From Geosiphon pyriformis uo1 (Eukaryota > Fungi > Glomeromycota): a stretch of 59,388 nt of DNA. The notes under the pieces are model-generated. The model did no database searches and had not been told where the DNA came from. It worked only from the letters and a program-made list of their open reading frames with translations. Location: the NCBI GenBank assembly GCA_016748015.1, contig JAAOMT010000200.1, positions 1 to 59,388 of the forward strand, given 5' to 3'. This document shows positions 1-11,986 of the stretch, in pieces. The translations under genes and the position numbers were made by a program. Position 1 is the stretch's first letter; each line of letters opens with the position of its first letter.

Positions 1-453
1 TAAGTATTAGGTTTCATTAGAGTATTAATAAAATAAAAATGATTAATATTTCTTAATCAAGTAATAATAACATAAATTTATGTAGTAATTGATATTTTAT
101 TAATATGTGATTTGGTTTTACTTTAAGTTGTAAAAAACTACTTTTGAAGGAAAAGATATTGGATAATTAATTAATTATTGGTATTAATTCTAAACTGAAT
201 TTTGTTTTTTTTGTTTCTAATACTCTTACTATATATATAATTAATGTTATATAAAATTTTTTATTTTTTTTAATTCTTCTAGCCAAGAATTCTGGAATTC
301 CTAGAATCTTGTAATTTCTTGAGAAAAATCTTAGAATTTTTGGAATTCTGTGATTTTTTGAAAAGAATTCTAAAATTTCTCTTTTTACTATGCCTATTTC
401 TAATTGGCTACTTTATATTCTTATTAAAAATTCCTAAATTTTTATGAGTAAAA
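1..453 (-). mobile_element. Partial degenerate gypsy LTR (U3 end at ~453), cut by the window edge
   Basis: GGAATTC-type repeats at ~285-375 and tttactatgcctatttctaattggcta at ~384-410 match the U3 of the solo LTR (~38630-38657). It ends ttatgagtaaaa, versus ctatgagtaaca (reverse complement of the LTR start). Confidence 0.7.
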
Positions 454-1330
454 ATATCAGATAAGTTGTAAAGAGTTTTATTTATAATATTATCAGCACA
501 TCTGAATTTCTAACTAACAAATTAATAGTCTTAAACAGACACTTAACAAAATAATATGCATTTTTAGAAACAGATCTGCCTTTAACAACAAAAAAACTAT
601 ATAATATTCTAATAGACAATGTAAAATCAAATATAGTGGCAGTTTTAACAAAAAAATTTGCTTATTTATTGTCTATAATTTCAGAATAACTCTTGATTTT
701 ATTTTAATTAACTAACAAATTTTTTAATGCAATAGTTTGATAAATTTATTCTCTTTTTATCTGGCATTTATTATAAAAATTAGGACTAATATTTTTTCTA
801 ATTAAGACATACATATTCAATAATACTTAACTATTTATAAACAATATCATTAAGCTGGTCATAAAAATACATTCTAAAATAAGAACAATAGCTTACAGTT
901 TTACTAAAGTTAAAAAAAACAAGCCATATATTTTAATTCTTATACTTATATTAATATCTAAAAAGTAGTCAGCAGTACTACTACAAATATTTACAGACTT
1001 CAAATTTTTAATTGATCTATCTATATAAACAACTATATTATTAAATCCATTTTTTACAAAACACTTATTAACAAAGCCAAAGTTACACAAATGGCCATTA
1101 GAAATAAAACAAAAAGCCAAAGCATCATTGTTATTTAAACTGCTATTTTTAATAAATTTTATTAGCAAATTAAATTAATTAGTGACTATTTTTGTTAAAA
1201 TTATTAAAAAATCAAAAAAATTAAATTTTTAAAAAAACCAAATTAAAAACAATAATAACAAATTATAATTTTTTAAAATACAAAAATTAATAAATAATAA
1301 TAAAAAATTATTAAAATTTTAATCAAAAAA
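454..1330 (-). pseudogene. Eroded LINE ORF2 fragment (RNase H region)
   Basis: ORF 893..1168 reads VYIDRSIKNL...ADYFLDINISI...LFFLTLVKL, a decayed form of the VFTDGSLRN...AAYF...LSSTMAEL RNase H seen in LINE-C. Confidence 0.7.
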
Positions 1331-2676
1331 ATTATAAAAAAAACTTTTTTTTCTGTATATTCAAAAATTTTTAAAAAACATATTTTAACAAAAAAGTTTT
1401 TTCTGTTTTTTCTAATTTACTGGTCTTATTTTTTTTAATATTTTATTAAACATAAATTTTTTATTGTTGTTTTAACAGTTATTATTAGTAATATTATGAA
1501 CAAAAAAAAATTAATAAGAAATATTATTTTAAATTTTGTTAATAGTAGTTACTACAAAAATTAAAAATGTTTATTGGCAAAATTAAATATTTAAATAATA
1601 AAGCAAACTTGAAATTTAAGTTATTTATACATAATATTAGTTAATTTAAAAACATAAACATAAACTTAAATAATATTAAAAAAAGTTTTTTGGCTTTTAA
1701 TTTTTTTTATTTTTATTCATTTAACAAGTAAGATCCAAACACTACTTAGAACTATATATCAAGGAAATAATCTAAACTAAGTGTGAATCATGCATTTTCT
1801 ACACATGATCAGCCACTTAAGCCAGTCAGGACAACACTATACACTTATATTGACAGAAACTGGATTACCAATACCTGAAAAAAATGCACAAGATTTGCAA
1901 AAACCAAAACGAATCCCAAAAACTTTAACAATACCAAGCAATTTAATCACACCAGCCAAGAATTCCAAAGCCAAACCAAAAACCAAGATGGAGATTGAGC
2001 CATTTGCTGGGATCAGGCCATTCTTTTTCATAAATGTGTAATGCTTAGCACAAACTAACCAAATGTCATTCCTAAAAGCAAGACAAATAGATTGCACAAA
2101 ATCAGCAATTTTAACACCAGCAATTTTGGGATCACAGAAGATGGAAATAGTCTCCTGAAGCCATCCATTGAAAACAAAACCCTTGTAGAGAGCTGAGAAA
2201 ACTGAAAAGTCCAAAGCACAGGTTGACAGTAGCTGCAATATATCCAAAGAAGAAAAAAAGAGACCAAAAAGTACTTCTCAAGAAGACATACAAGATTCCA
2301 AGACCTGACAATAAGATGAATCATCAACCACACAAAAAAACACATGATCAAACATTTCCACCTCACCACAATACAGACACAGAACACTAGAGTAACATTT
2401 ATTATAAATGCGCTTTTAAACAGCCATGGGAAGCCAATGGTGTAAAGCCTTCATAAGATAAGTTCAAGTATCAGCAGTTAGCCTGCTGGTGAAACCAGTA
2501 GCCATATGCAAATCAGGATGCCAAACTCTGGAAAAACAAAGCCAATCGACATCTGAATGCAAATTACCATCTAAAAATCCAGAACCAGAACTGACTTCTC
2601 AACGCGCATGACAAACAGCATGAAAAACATTGTGAACAAAGTGCCTAGAATTACCAGAAACAACATCACCATCCAT

Positions 2677-3514
2677 TGTTACTCATAGAATATAGAAAAT
2701 ATAGTATTATTAGTTAGTAAATATTAGCCAATCAGAGGTAAACATAGTAAAATGTGGAATTCCAAGATTCCTCTTAGAGGAATTGCAGAATTCCAGAAAT
2801 TTCAGAATTCTCTGGCAAGGAATCGCAGGATTCCAGAATTCCAGGATTTCTGTCACAAGGAATTGAGGAATTGAGAAATCTCAAATATGTATATATAGCA
2901 GTAGCAGTAGAAGCAGAAAAAAAAAGAACATTAAGAATTCTTAGCTTAGTTACCACAATCCTCAAATAAATAATTATTCACTCTATTAAATTTATTCTTC
3001 ATTATCAACATTTCATGTTGATAGTAACTGATACTTAACCATACTGGAACAATAGCTCTTGATCATGGCTATTGATGAGATACTAACTTGCAAATTGCCT
3101 TGGCTAATTTCTTATTTTCTCTTTTATCTTTTTTTATTTTCTTTGGTTGTCTACTAACTTAATTAAAAAATTTATTCTTGGAAGACTTATGGAGGAATAA
3201 ACTTGCTTAAACAATACTTACTCTTGGAGGACTTATGGAAGAACTGACATCAGGAAACAGCACTAGTATACACTTATGGAGGATATTGTACCAGGAGAAT
3301 CATCAACCATCAAACTGAGCAAGCAATTGACAAAACTACAGTTTCAGGAAACTACTAATAAACTGTTACTATTAAATCTCTGTCCATTATACAAAGAACT
3401 TGATTGGAAAACCTTCAGATAAAATACCTTCAGATTATTATCATCACCACTTGCTTTGTACACAAAGTTATGGGTTTGTTATTTACTCAACACTCCAAAG
3501 ACTTATCTGTAACA
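2677..3514 (+). repeat. Gypsy-1 5' LTR (838 bp)
   Basis: TGTTAC...GTAACA termini; direct repeat of 11987-12841; CCAAT ~2728, TATATATA 2890-2897, AATAAA 2965-2970. Confidence 0.95.
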
Positions 3515-3533
3515 TTTGGTGCTTTCTGTGAAG
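3515..3533 (+). promoter_or_regulatory. Primer-binding site of Gypsy-1
   Basis: TTTGGTGCTTTCTGTGAAG directly follows the LTR; Gypsy-2 has TTTGGTGCTCTCTGTGAGG. It is complementary to a tRNA 3' end ...CCUCACAGAGAGCACCA (elongator Met or Ile-like; identity not verified). Confidence 0.8.
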
Positions 3534-3570
3534 TATAATTCTACAGAGAACTAGCACCAACAAGAACAAA

Positions 3571-5500
3571 TCAAAAGTGGCAGAATTAGAAAATATAGGA
3601 GCAAACCATTTAGAATTCGCAAAATCCTTATTTCAACAATACAGCCAATAATTAGGATTAAACAGTAATTATTACCCAGCTGAATCAGCCTTCAACTTTT
3701 ACATCAATGACAAAATTACTAAATGCTTAGGAGGAACAGTTAACATTAAAGCAGCAAAAGAAAACTTTTACACAGAATTATTCCAACACATCAACTTACC
3801 AAGAAACTATAGTTTCGCACCAATAATCAGAGAAATCAACCAAACTATTGAAAGGTACACTCAACAACAATTTCCTATTACCTACACAGATAAAGGCAAA
3901 GGAAGGTTACAAACACCAGCAGTAACATCTAAAGAGATACAACTACCAACCTGGAAGAAACAAAGAATTGAATCCCTATCATATCTATCATATCATCACA
4001 CACCCAGAAGCACTATCAATATTTTATCTGCAGGCGTGTTCACACCAAATGTGACATTAACATTTGGATGATTCACATTCCAAAGTAAACAAAAGAAAGT
4101 GGAGTTATTAGGACCATACAGAGAATATTTCAAGAGATTTAAATCATGATCACCAATGCCATCAAAAATTTGATCACTGCCATCTCTACTAAATTTTGGA
4201 ATCTCTGATCTGTGGGAGGTAACGGAATCAGAAGAAGAGAAAGAAAAAGAAACTGAGGATTAAGAATTCACTTACCAGAACCCGATCACTGAAAACCCAG
4301 AATTTGAAATCCCAAATCTTCGGAACCAGCAAAATTTAAATTCAGTAAATTTGGAAGTTAAAACTCTGAATATTCAGACACTGCCAACTCAGGATAATCA
4401 AAACCCTAATCTAATTAATCAACCAAACTTACCTCCAGTAATCATTATCAATCAATTACTAATTGATCCAATAGCTAAATCCATATAGCAGCCACTTCAA
4501 CTGCCACCTCAACAAAATCAACAACTGCTTCAACAGCCACCACAACCACCACAACCACCCAACTTAGATCCAATGGCCTACACACTAATTGCAAAACTGG
4601 ATAATTTCACCAGTGAAGAGAACAATGTTCAAGTATGGCTGAATGATGTGAAAAAAGCCATTACAGCCAATAGATGGAATGATGCCCAAGCAATGCAAGC
4701 CATTTCCTATTTTTTTAAAGATACTGCCAATTTATGGTATCAGAGCTTGATCAATAAACCACAAAACTTCAATGCCTTCAAAGTGGAATTTTTAAGATAC
4801 TTCAGCAACAATAACAGTATCAACCACCTAGTCAATACATTTACCACCATGAAGCAAGAAAAAACTAAAGCAGTCACTACTTATCTGGGACACTTTCATA
4901 GAAATTTGCACCAGATCCAGGCAATTGATGCCAATTATTTCACAGCACCACAAATTCTCAACCAGTTTATCCATGGCCTGTACAGCAGCATCTTGCAACA
5001 TATATGCCCATTGCATTCAGGCACTCTTTAAGATACAGTTACATGTGCCAGAGATTTCGAATCAGTTGAGTTCAAGACCAACTACACCCAAGCCATTAAT
5101 CTAGATCATCTGAATTGGACTCCAAATTGAAACAATTCAGTGATTCAATTAATCAGAAATTAGAAGAATACTTAGCTGACAATTACACAATTTATCAACC
5201 ACCTCAACAATACAGCAATTTAGGAAACTACAATCATTCCCAAAATCAAGCATGTCCCTCAACATCAGCCAATTAGCAGTGGCAGCCAGAGATGCATGTC
5301 TGCCACAACTGTAGTAAACAAGGGCACATCAGAGCAAACTGCAACGTTTATAACCACCAGCAATCGGGAAATCAATATAGAAACTCTGATCGTCAATTTC
5401 AAACTCTGAGATATCAACAAAATCAAGAACAATATCAAAACACTTACCTGCCAATGACACAGCAGCCAATTTACCAAGCACCAGTTTATTAGACTCCAGT
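3571..5500 (+). pseudogene. gag: Gypsy-1 gag (long N-terminal extension, capsid-like domain, CCHC knuckle)
   Basis: Capsid-like ORF 4573..5031; CHNCSKQGHIRANC at 5301-5342; upstream frame conserved with Gypsy-2 (ORF 35039..35458). Confidence 0.85.
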
Positions 5501-5959
5501 TTATCAACTGCAGCCACCAGTGATATATCAACCACAGCCATCCATAATATATCAACCACACTCACAAGTAATCTATCAACCTCAATCAATTCAGACACCG
5601 CCCCAAAATTCAGTTAATATGACATCAAGCCATCCCAGACCTAAAATCACACAAAACTGGAGATTGGTGATAGTTGTCCACCAACTGATCTCCAGTTCTT
5701 CCAACTCACCATCAGGATCACATTCTTGGAATTCAGGTACCAGTGCCACCCAAAACCCGAATTCCCAGAATTATTTAAGTCTACTGGTTAACCCAGAAGA
5801 CGCCACTACCAACAACTCAGGATCTAACCAACAACAAGCACTTACCAACAACATTCTACCAGCAACTGTCACCAATGACAAATTGCTTATGGTCATCTTT
5901 TCTTTCAACTTGGAAGAAACAATCGAAATTCTGTTATTCAGTAGAGCAGCTCTGGAAGA

Positions 5960-6340
5960 GAAGCCAATCACCACTATGTATACAGATGCCAAAATTGATG
6001 GCCATGCTATTAAACTGATCTTGGATAGTAGATTAGCTGACAGCATCATAACAAGGCAACTCATGGATCAATTAGGTCACCGAGTTGACCGAACTGCCAG
6101 TGCAAGAATCATCACAGCTGATAAAACAATCAAAACTCCAATAGGTGAAATAGACAATCTACCTATCAAAATTAATGGCATTATGGTATCCATCAAAGTC
6201 TTTGTAATGGAAGCCACTCAGTACTAAGCTCTTGTTGGAAATGATTGGCTATCTAAAACAAATGCTGTACTTGATTGGACAATGCAAGAGTTCCAACTGA
6301 GCCAAAATGGTCAACATACTTAAGCACCAGCAATATGTGG
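5960..6340 (+). pseudogene. Gypsy-1 aspartic protease domain
   Basis: AIKLILDSRLADSII (decayed LILDSG) in ORF 5520..6227, followed by ALVGNDWL. Confidence 0.85.
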
Positions 6341-7619
6341 CCACTTTAAACCAACTAACTCGCAACCACTAATTGAACTTAAGGAGGAAACAAAGAAACC
6401 AACATGGGAAGCATATCAGGTTTCATGGGCCGACGTCGACCACAATGAACTGCTGCCCATACTCGTCTGGGACAAAAATGACCATGGAAAAGGAAAGCAG
6501 AAAGAAGAACATATCTGGAAAACCACCATTGGCACTTAGATTGATGACAACCAAAATGAGTTGCCACCTACACTAAGTTGAGAAGAAAAAGGAAAAGGAA
6601 AGGAAAGAGAAGACAACCTACTAGAGGAAACTGAATTAACAAAAGACACTACCAGTGGCTGAACAAGTTCGTACTCCATCCATGAGCCACTGCCACAACT
6701 ACCATATATACTGCTTAAATGCAAAGATTGTGGAAAGAAATTCTCTTCCATGGGAGCTTAGGTTGCACCAGACAAAAATCACTAGACGTGAACCCACTAT
6801 TATTGCAAGTCTTGCTATCACAAATGGTATAACTACCCAAAAAGACAAAGCAAGTAGGACAATGAACCATGTCTCGCTTGTGGCGAACAGTTGCTTGATG
6901 AAGGAATGTGGAATGACATTCCTGGTCGAGAAGGAATGTGTGACACTTTGTGCCAGTACATGATCCTTATCAGTGACTGGGTGAGTTGTGGTATGCCAAT
7001 AACTGCCACTTGGCACTGAGCAATCTCTTGTCTAGACAGATACTCACATAATGAAGACGAGATCTGGTGGATGGCAAATGCCAAAGTAGAAGGCACCATG
7101 TTCAGTGAAATCTTAGAAATCAAGAACAATCTTTCAGAACCAGTCAACATTATCCTAGTCCCCAATTCAGATGCTTTCTTTGACATTGAGACCAATCCAG
7201 AAGACTTCCACGAACATTATCAAAATTTAGCACCAACCAAAAAGGAACAAAAAAAGTGGTTAGCACAGCTAAACACTTGATTATATGACCACTGTTTGAT
7301 TTCATGTGACTTTCAATATTGTAATGAGTGTGACCTCATTTACAATCCATCGATTCACATAATCTACATAATCCCAGAAGAAAAGAAACCAATCAGCAGC
7401 TGTGCATTGGAATCAGAATTACCATTCGATCCTGATTCAAACTCCAACAATGATGATGACAAAAACACTGGTTCTAGCTTCATTCAAAATAGCAATAACA
7501 ACAACAATGATTCAAACTCAGATCCAAACTCTGATTTAAAATATGAACAATATATCGCAATTCCTGACCTGACCAAAGAATTGGAACTAAAATGGTTCAG
7601 TAATAATAATAAAAGTATC

Positions 7620-8010
7620 ATGCCAGAACATGCACATAATACTAATGCCAGGTTTAATTTGAGATATCCAGGAAAAGATGCCATCAAATTGGAACCACAT
7701 TCACACATCTGCCTTGATTTGAAAATAGCACTGGAAATTCCGGCAACAACAATGGTTTAATTAGCATCTAGGAGTAGTTTAGCAAAAAAAGGGATTAATA
7801 TAAAAGAAGGAATAATTGACACAGGATATGTAGGAAATATTATTACTATGCTACAAAATGACTCAGAAAAGGTCTATATAATAGAGCCCAATGAAAAGAT
7901 AGCACAGGCAATATTCCTGTTTCTGGTTAGAGTAGTTTAGTTAATATCAGTGGGAAAGAGAGAGGAATTAAGAATAACAGTGAAAGGAATACAAGGATTC
8001 AAATCAACAG
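7620..8010 (+). pseudogene. Gypsy-1 dUTPase domain
   Basis: All five trimeric dUTPase motifs in order, decayed: ARFNL (AGFDL), ASRSS, GIIDTGYVG, KIAQ, KGIQGFKST. Confidence 0.85.
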
Positions 8011-8559
8011 ATAGAGTAGATGTACCAGTCAATATGACAGAAGAAGAAATTGTTGACCAAAGGGAAATTATCTCAATGGGTCAAACAATTTCTATTCCAC
8101 CATATGGCCAGCATATGATAGGAATAAAGCAGAAGGTAAAAGAACAGAATCAAATTTTTGAAGCGGAACCAACCCTCTGTAAATCAGGAGAGATTGGACT
8201 TATTAATCTCCATATACCAGCCAAAAATTACAGCCACATCAAAATTCCCATCTACAATAACACAGAAAATGTCATAGTAATACCAGCCGAAACCACTATT
8301 GGATACTTAAGCACTGAAATAGAGAATCAACTACCAAGCACCATTCTGGACTTTCCACAGCTTTGTGAATATGTCAATTATATATTACAAACAATATACG
8401 GATGAAATGAATGTTATTTGCTCCAACCAGAACAATTGGAACAAATGAATATGAGAAACTTAGATCCACTCTAACATATGCAATTTAAGATATTGCTCAA
8501 CAATTTCAATGACATCTTTGCCAGCAAAAACAAGTTTGGCTGAACTGATATCATCCAGC

Positions 8560-9845
8560 ATCAGATCAAGACTAGAGATGCAATGCCAATTAAACAAAGA
8601 GCATACAGAGTACCACCAGCTAGCCACAAGATTATCCATCAAGAAATAAACCAAATGCTTGATAATGGGCTAATTCAGCCATCAATGAGCCCATAGTCAT
8701 TACCAGTGGTACTTTTTCAAAAAAAGAATGGGAAAATTTGCTTTTGTGTGGATTATAGAAAACTCAATAGAATAACTTGTGGAGATAGCTACCCCATTCC
8801 ATGGATTTAAGAATTATTCGACGCTTTTGGTGGAAACAAATGGTTTTTAACATTAGACCTGGACAGTGGTTACTGGCAAATAGCCATGGATCCAGCCGAC
8901 AAAGAAAAGACGGCATTCACCACCAGAGAAAGGAATTTTGAATTTGAAGTAATGCCATTTGGCTTAACCAATACACCAGTCACTTTCCAATAGCTAATAG
9001 AAATTGTTTATACTGGCTTATTGTGGAAATTAGTAGTTGTATACTTGGATGACACCAATGTATTCTCAAAAACATTTGATGATCATCTTTATTATCTTTA
9101 ACAAGTGTTCGAAAGACTAAGAAGAGCAGAACTAAAGTTAAATGCAACAAAGTGCTTTTTCGGCAAGACAGAACTAAAATTCTTGGAACACATAGTCAGC
9201 AAAGATGGCATCAAAATGGATCCAGAGAAAATAGAGATAGTAAAGAACTTTCCAGTGCCAACCAATATGACAGAACTGAAATCATTCTTGGGATTCACCA
9301 GCTACTATTGATGTTTTATTAAGAACTTTTCCAAGATACCACAGCCACTCAACCAACTGCAAACCAAGAATACAAAATATGAATGGACAGAAAGTCAACA
9401 AGAAGCTTTTGATATTTTGAAAAGAAAGCTCATTCAAGCTCCAGTACTGATCTATCTAGATCACAGCAAACCATTCATCATCACCACTGATGCATCCGGC
9501 CAAGCACTGGGAGTGGTACTATCTCAGAGAAGACCAGATGGCAAAGAACATCCAGTAGCATATGCCAGCAGAGATTTAATACCAGCCAAAAAAAACTATG
9601 GAACACCAGAACAAAAACACTTAGCAATATACTGGGCAGTCATGAAATGGAAAGAATACTTGAGCCAGAAATTTGAAGTATACACAGATTACAAAGGATT
9701 AACATCACTTCAAAAACAAGAATTTGGAGATAGAAGACAGTCAAGATGGAAAATGGCACTTGCACCATATAAATATACTATACATTATAAAAAGGGAAAA
9801 GACAACAGAAATGCTGATGGTTTGTTGCAAATGAGACAAATATAA
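8560..9845 (+). pseudogene. pol: Gypsy-1 reverse transcriptase and RNase H
   Basis: FCVDYRKLN, LDLDSGYWQI, VMPFGL, YLDD (9042-9053); RNase H TTDASG...YTDYKGL...NADGL in ORF 9417..9845. Confidence 0.93.
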
Positions 9846-9907
9846 GAACATTTCAACCCAAAAATATAACAAAACCAGAACAATACTAACAAAAAATATA
9901 ACAAAAG

Positions 9908-11290
9908 ATGAACATACAAAGATATCAACAACTGTAACATTATATAAACACTCAACAGTTCAAGGAGAATTTATCTCAAATGAAACAAAAAAGTATCAAA
10001 CAACAATCAAAATATTTTATTACTCACCAAAATATACTTTATCAAAAAAATAGAAGAGATCTAAAGCAACCAATCAGAGTAATTACAGAGCCAGAAAAAG
10101 AGACAATATTATTCAACATGTACTCAAATCCAACAGCAGAACACTTTCACAAAAAAACAACCATGAAAAGAACCAGAAAAAGATACTATTGGCCATCAAT
10201 GTATCCAGACATCATCCAATATGTTCAAAATTGTGATGTTTGTCAGTGAAGAGGAGGTATGAAACCCAGTAAACCATTAAGACCAATCAAAATAGGACAA
10301 CCATTCGACTGTATTGGAATTGATTTAATCAGACCATTAACAATTACCAGCAAAAGAAACAGGTACATAGCAGTAGCCATGGACTATCTCACTAAATGGC
10401 CAGAGGTGAAAGCAATTTAAAAAGCGAATGCAAAATCTATTGCTGAATTTGTTCATCAAGATTTAATTTGTCAACACAGATGTCCAAAGAAATTATTATC
10501 AAACCAAGAAACTCATTTTGTGAACAAAACATTAACAAAATTGAGCCAAAGATTCGGAATTAAGAGACCACTATCATCACCATACCATTCACAAACCAAT
10601 AGATTAGTCGAAAGATTCAATAGAACATTGTGTGAAACAATAGCTAAGCTCAGCCAAGAAAACCAGAACAATTGGGATTTGTTGATACCATTAGTACTAT
10701 TTGCTTATTGGACAATTAAGCAAGATACTATACAAGCAACACCATTTGAATTAGTATATGGTAGAACAGCAACACTACCAGGAAAAATAAAAGTCAGCAC
10801 ATACCCAACCAAACCAATAACAGAAGAGAATTTCAAAAACACATTGTTGAGAAAAACATATGACTTAATAGAAACATTAGAAAACAAATGACAAAGAGCA
10901 GCAGATAACATACAAAAGTCACAAAAGAAACAAAAAGAAAGACACAATAACCAACTACCAGATAAACCAGTTGAATTCAGGATTAGAAACAAAGTACTCT
11001 TACATCATACCAAAGTGGAAAAACAATGGAGTGGAAAATTTGACCCCAAATGGGATGGACCATTTCACATAAAAGAAATTCTAGGAAATAAAGCTTACAA
11101 ATTAAGATTGAATAACAAAATCTTGACCAAAGTAGCATATGGAGATCGACTGAAACCATACTACCATATAGTATTATCATCCACCAGTAATATTCCACAA
11201 TTAGGAGTACAAAGAATACTAGTCCAACCAAATAAAATTCCACGAGACCCGGAACCAATCATTATCATTGACAACAACACATCCAATTGA
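9908..11290 (+). pseudogene. Gypsy-1 integrase (HHCC, DDE core, GPF/Y motif; no chromodomain)
   Basis: RYYWPSMYPDIIQYVQNCDVCQ; GIDLI; YHSQTNRLVERFNRTL; KFDPKWDGPF. Confidence 0.92.
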
Positions 11291-11973
11291 TTGATAAAAG
11301 AATATATAAGAACATGGTCAACACGACAGAAGAAATCAGAAAAATAGAAATTATGGACAATATCCATTTACTAGCCCAACAAATTTTTCAATTAATCCAA
11401 CACCAGAAGATGGAAATTACAATCAATCAACAAACCATTCATTACAAAAATATGGCAAAGATACCACAAAACAAAGCACAGAAAAGACTTGAAAATGTTA
11501 TTGACAAGATTATAACCAAGATAAAATTGGCCATAAAAGAACAACAAATAATTAGATTATACCAAGAACTTACCAGAGAAACTTGGACTTGGTGGATGCA
11601 ACAATTTCCAAAAAACTATTGTCATTTCCACTTGGGACAACACGTAAATATCCAGAATTTGTACACTGACAAAACAAAACAGTTATTCGACACAACCATA
11701 CTGAGACAACTGGAACAATTTGTGAGAAAGAACAATCTAATCACACAAGCTCAAGTCATTTACTGGCTATATATGGGATTTCAAGACTGACCAGAAATTT
11801 TATTCAACCCAGCAATAAATACAGTTACGAGTAATCAATTAGGAAAAATGACCAACACCCAATTTGAAGAATTACAAACTAAAATAACACAAGTAATACT
11901 CGAAAAAAAAGTTCAAAAAATAATTCAAGAAGGAGAATTAAAGAAATTAGATTTCAACAGAGCTCAATATTAA
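11290..11973 (+). pseudogene. Gypsy-1 extra ORF3 (~220 aa, unknown function)
   Basis: ORF 11287..11790 continues past one TGA to DFNRAQY-stop at 11973, flush with the PPT; homologous frame in Gypsy-2. Confidence 0.75.
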
Positions 11974-11983
11974 AAAGAGGAAA
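11972..11983 (+). promoter_or_regulatory. Polypurine tract of Gypsy-1
   Basis: AAAAAGAGGAAA just before the 3' LTR; Gypsy-2 has AAAGGAGGAGA at 43990-44000. Confidence 0.8.
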
Positions 11984-11986
11984 TAA

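Noticed and set aside
2755-2880. GGAATTCC repeats as a CRISPR array or heat-shock elements
   Set aside because: They are degenerate U3 tandem repeats without unique spacers. The one perfect TTCnnGAAnnTTC (2791) is TTCnnGGA in the sister LTR, so it is likely a G>A artefact.
11015-11290. Chromodomain at the integrase C-terminus
   Set aside because: After the GPF motif only a short low-complexity tail follows; no chromodomain aromatic pattern is visible.
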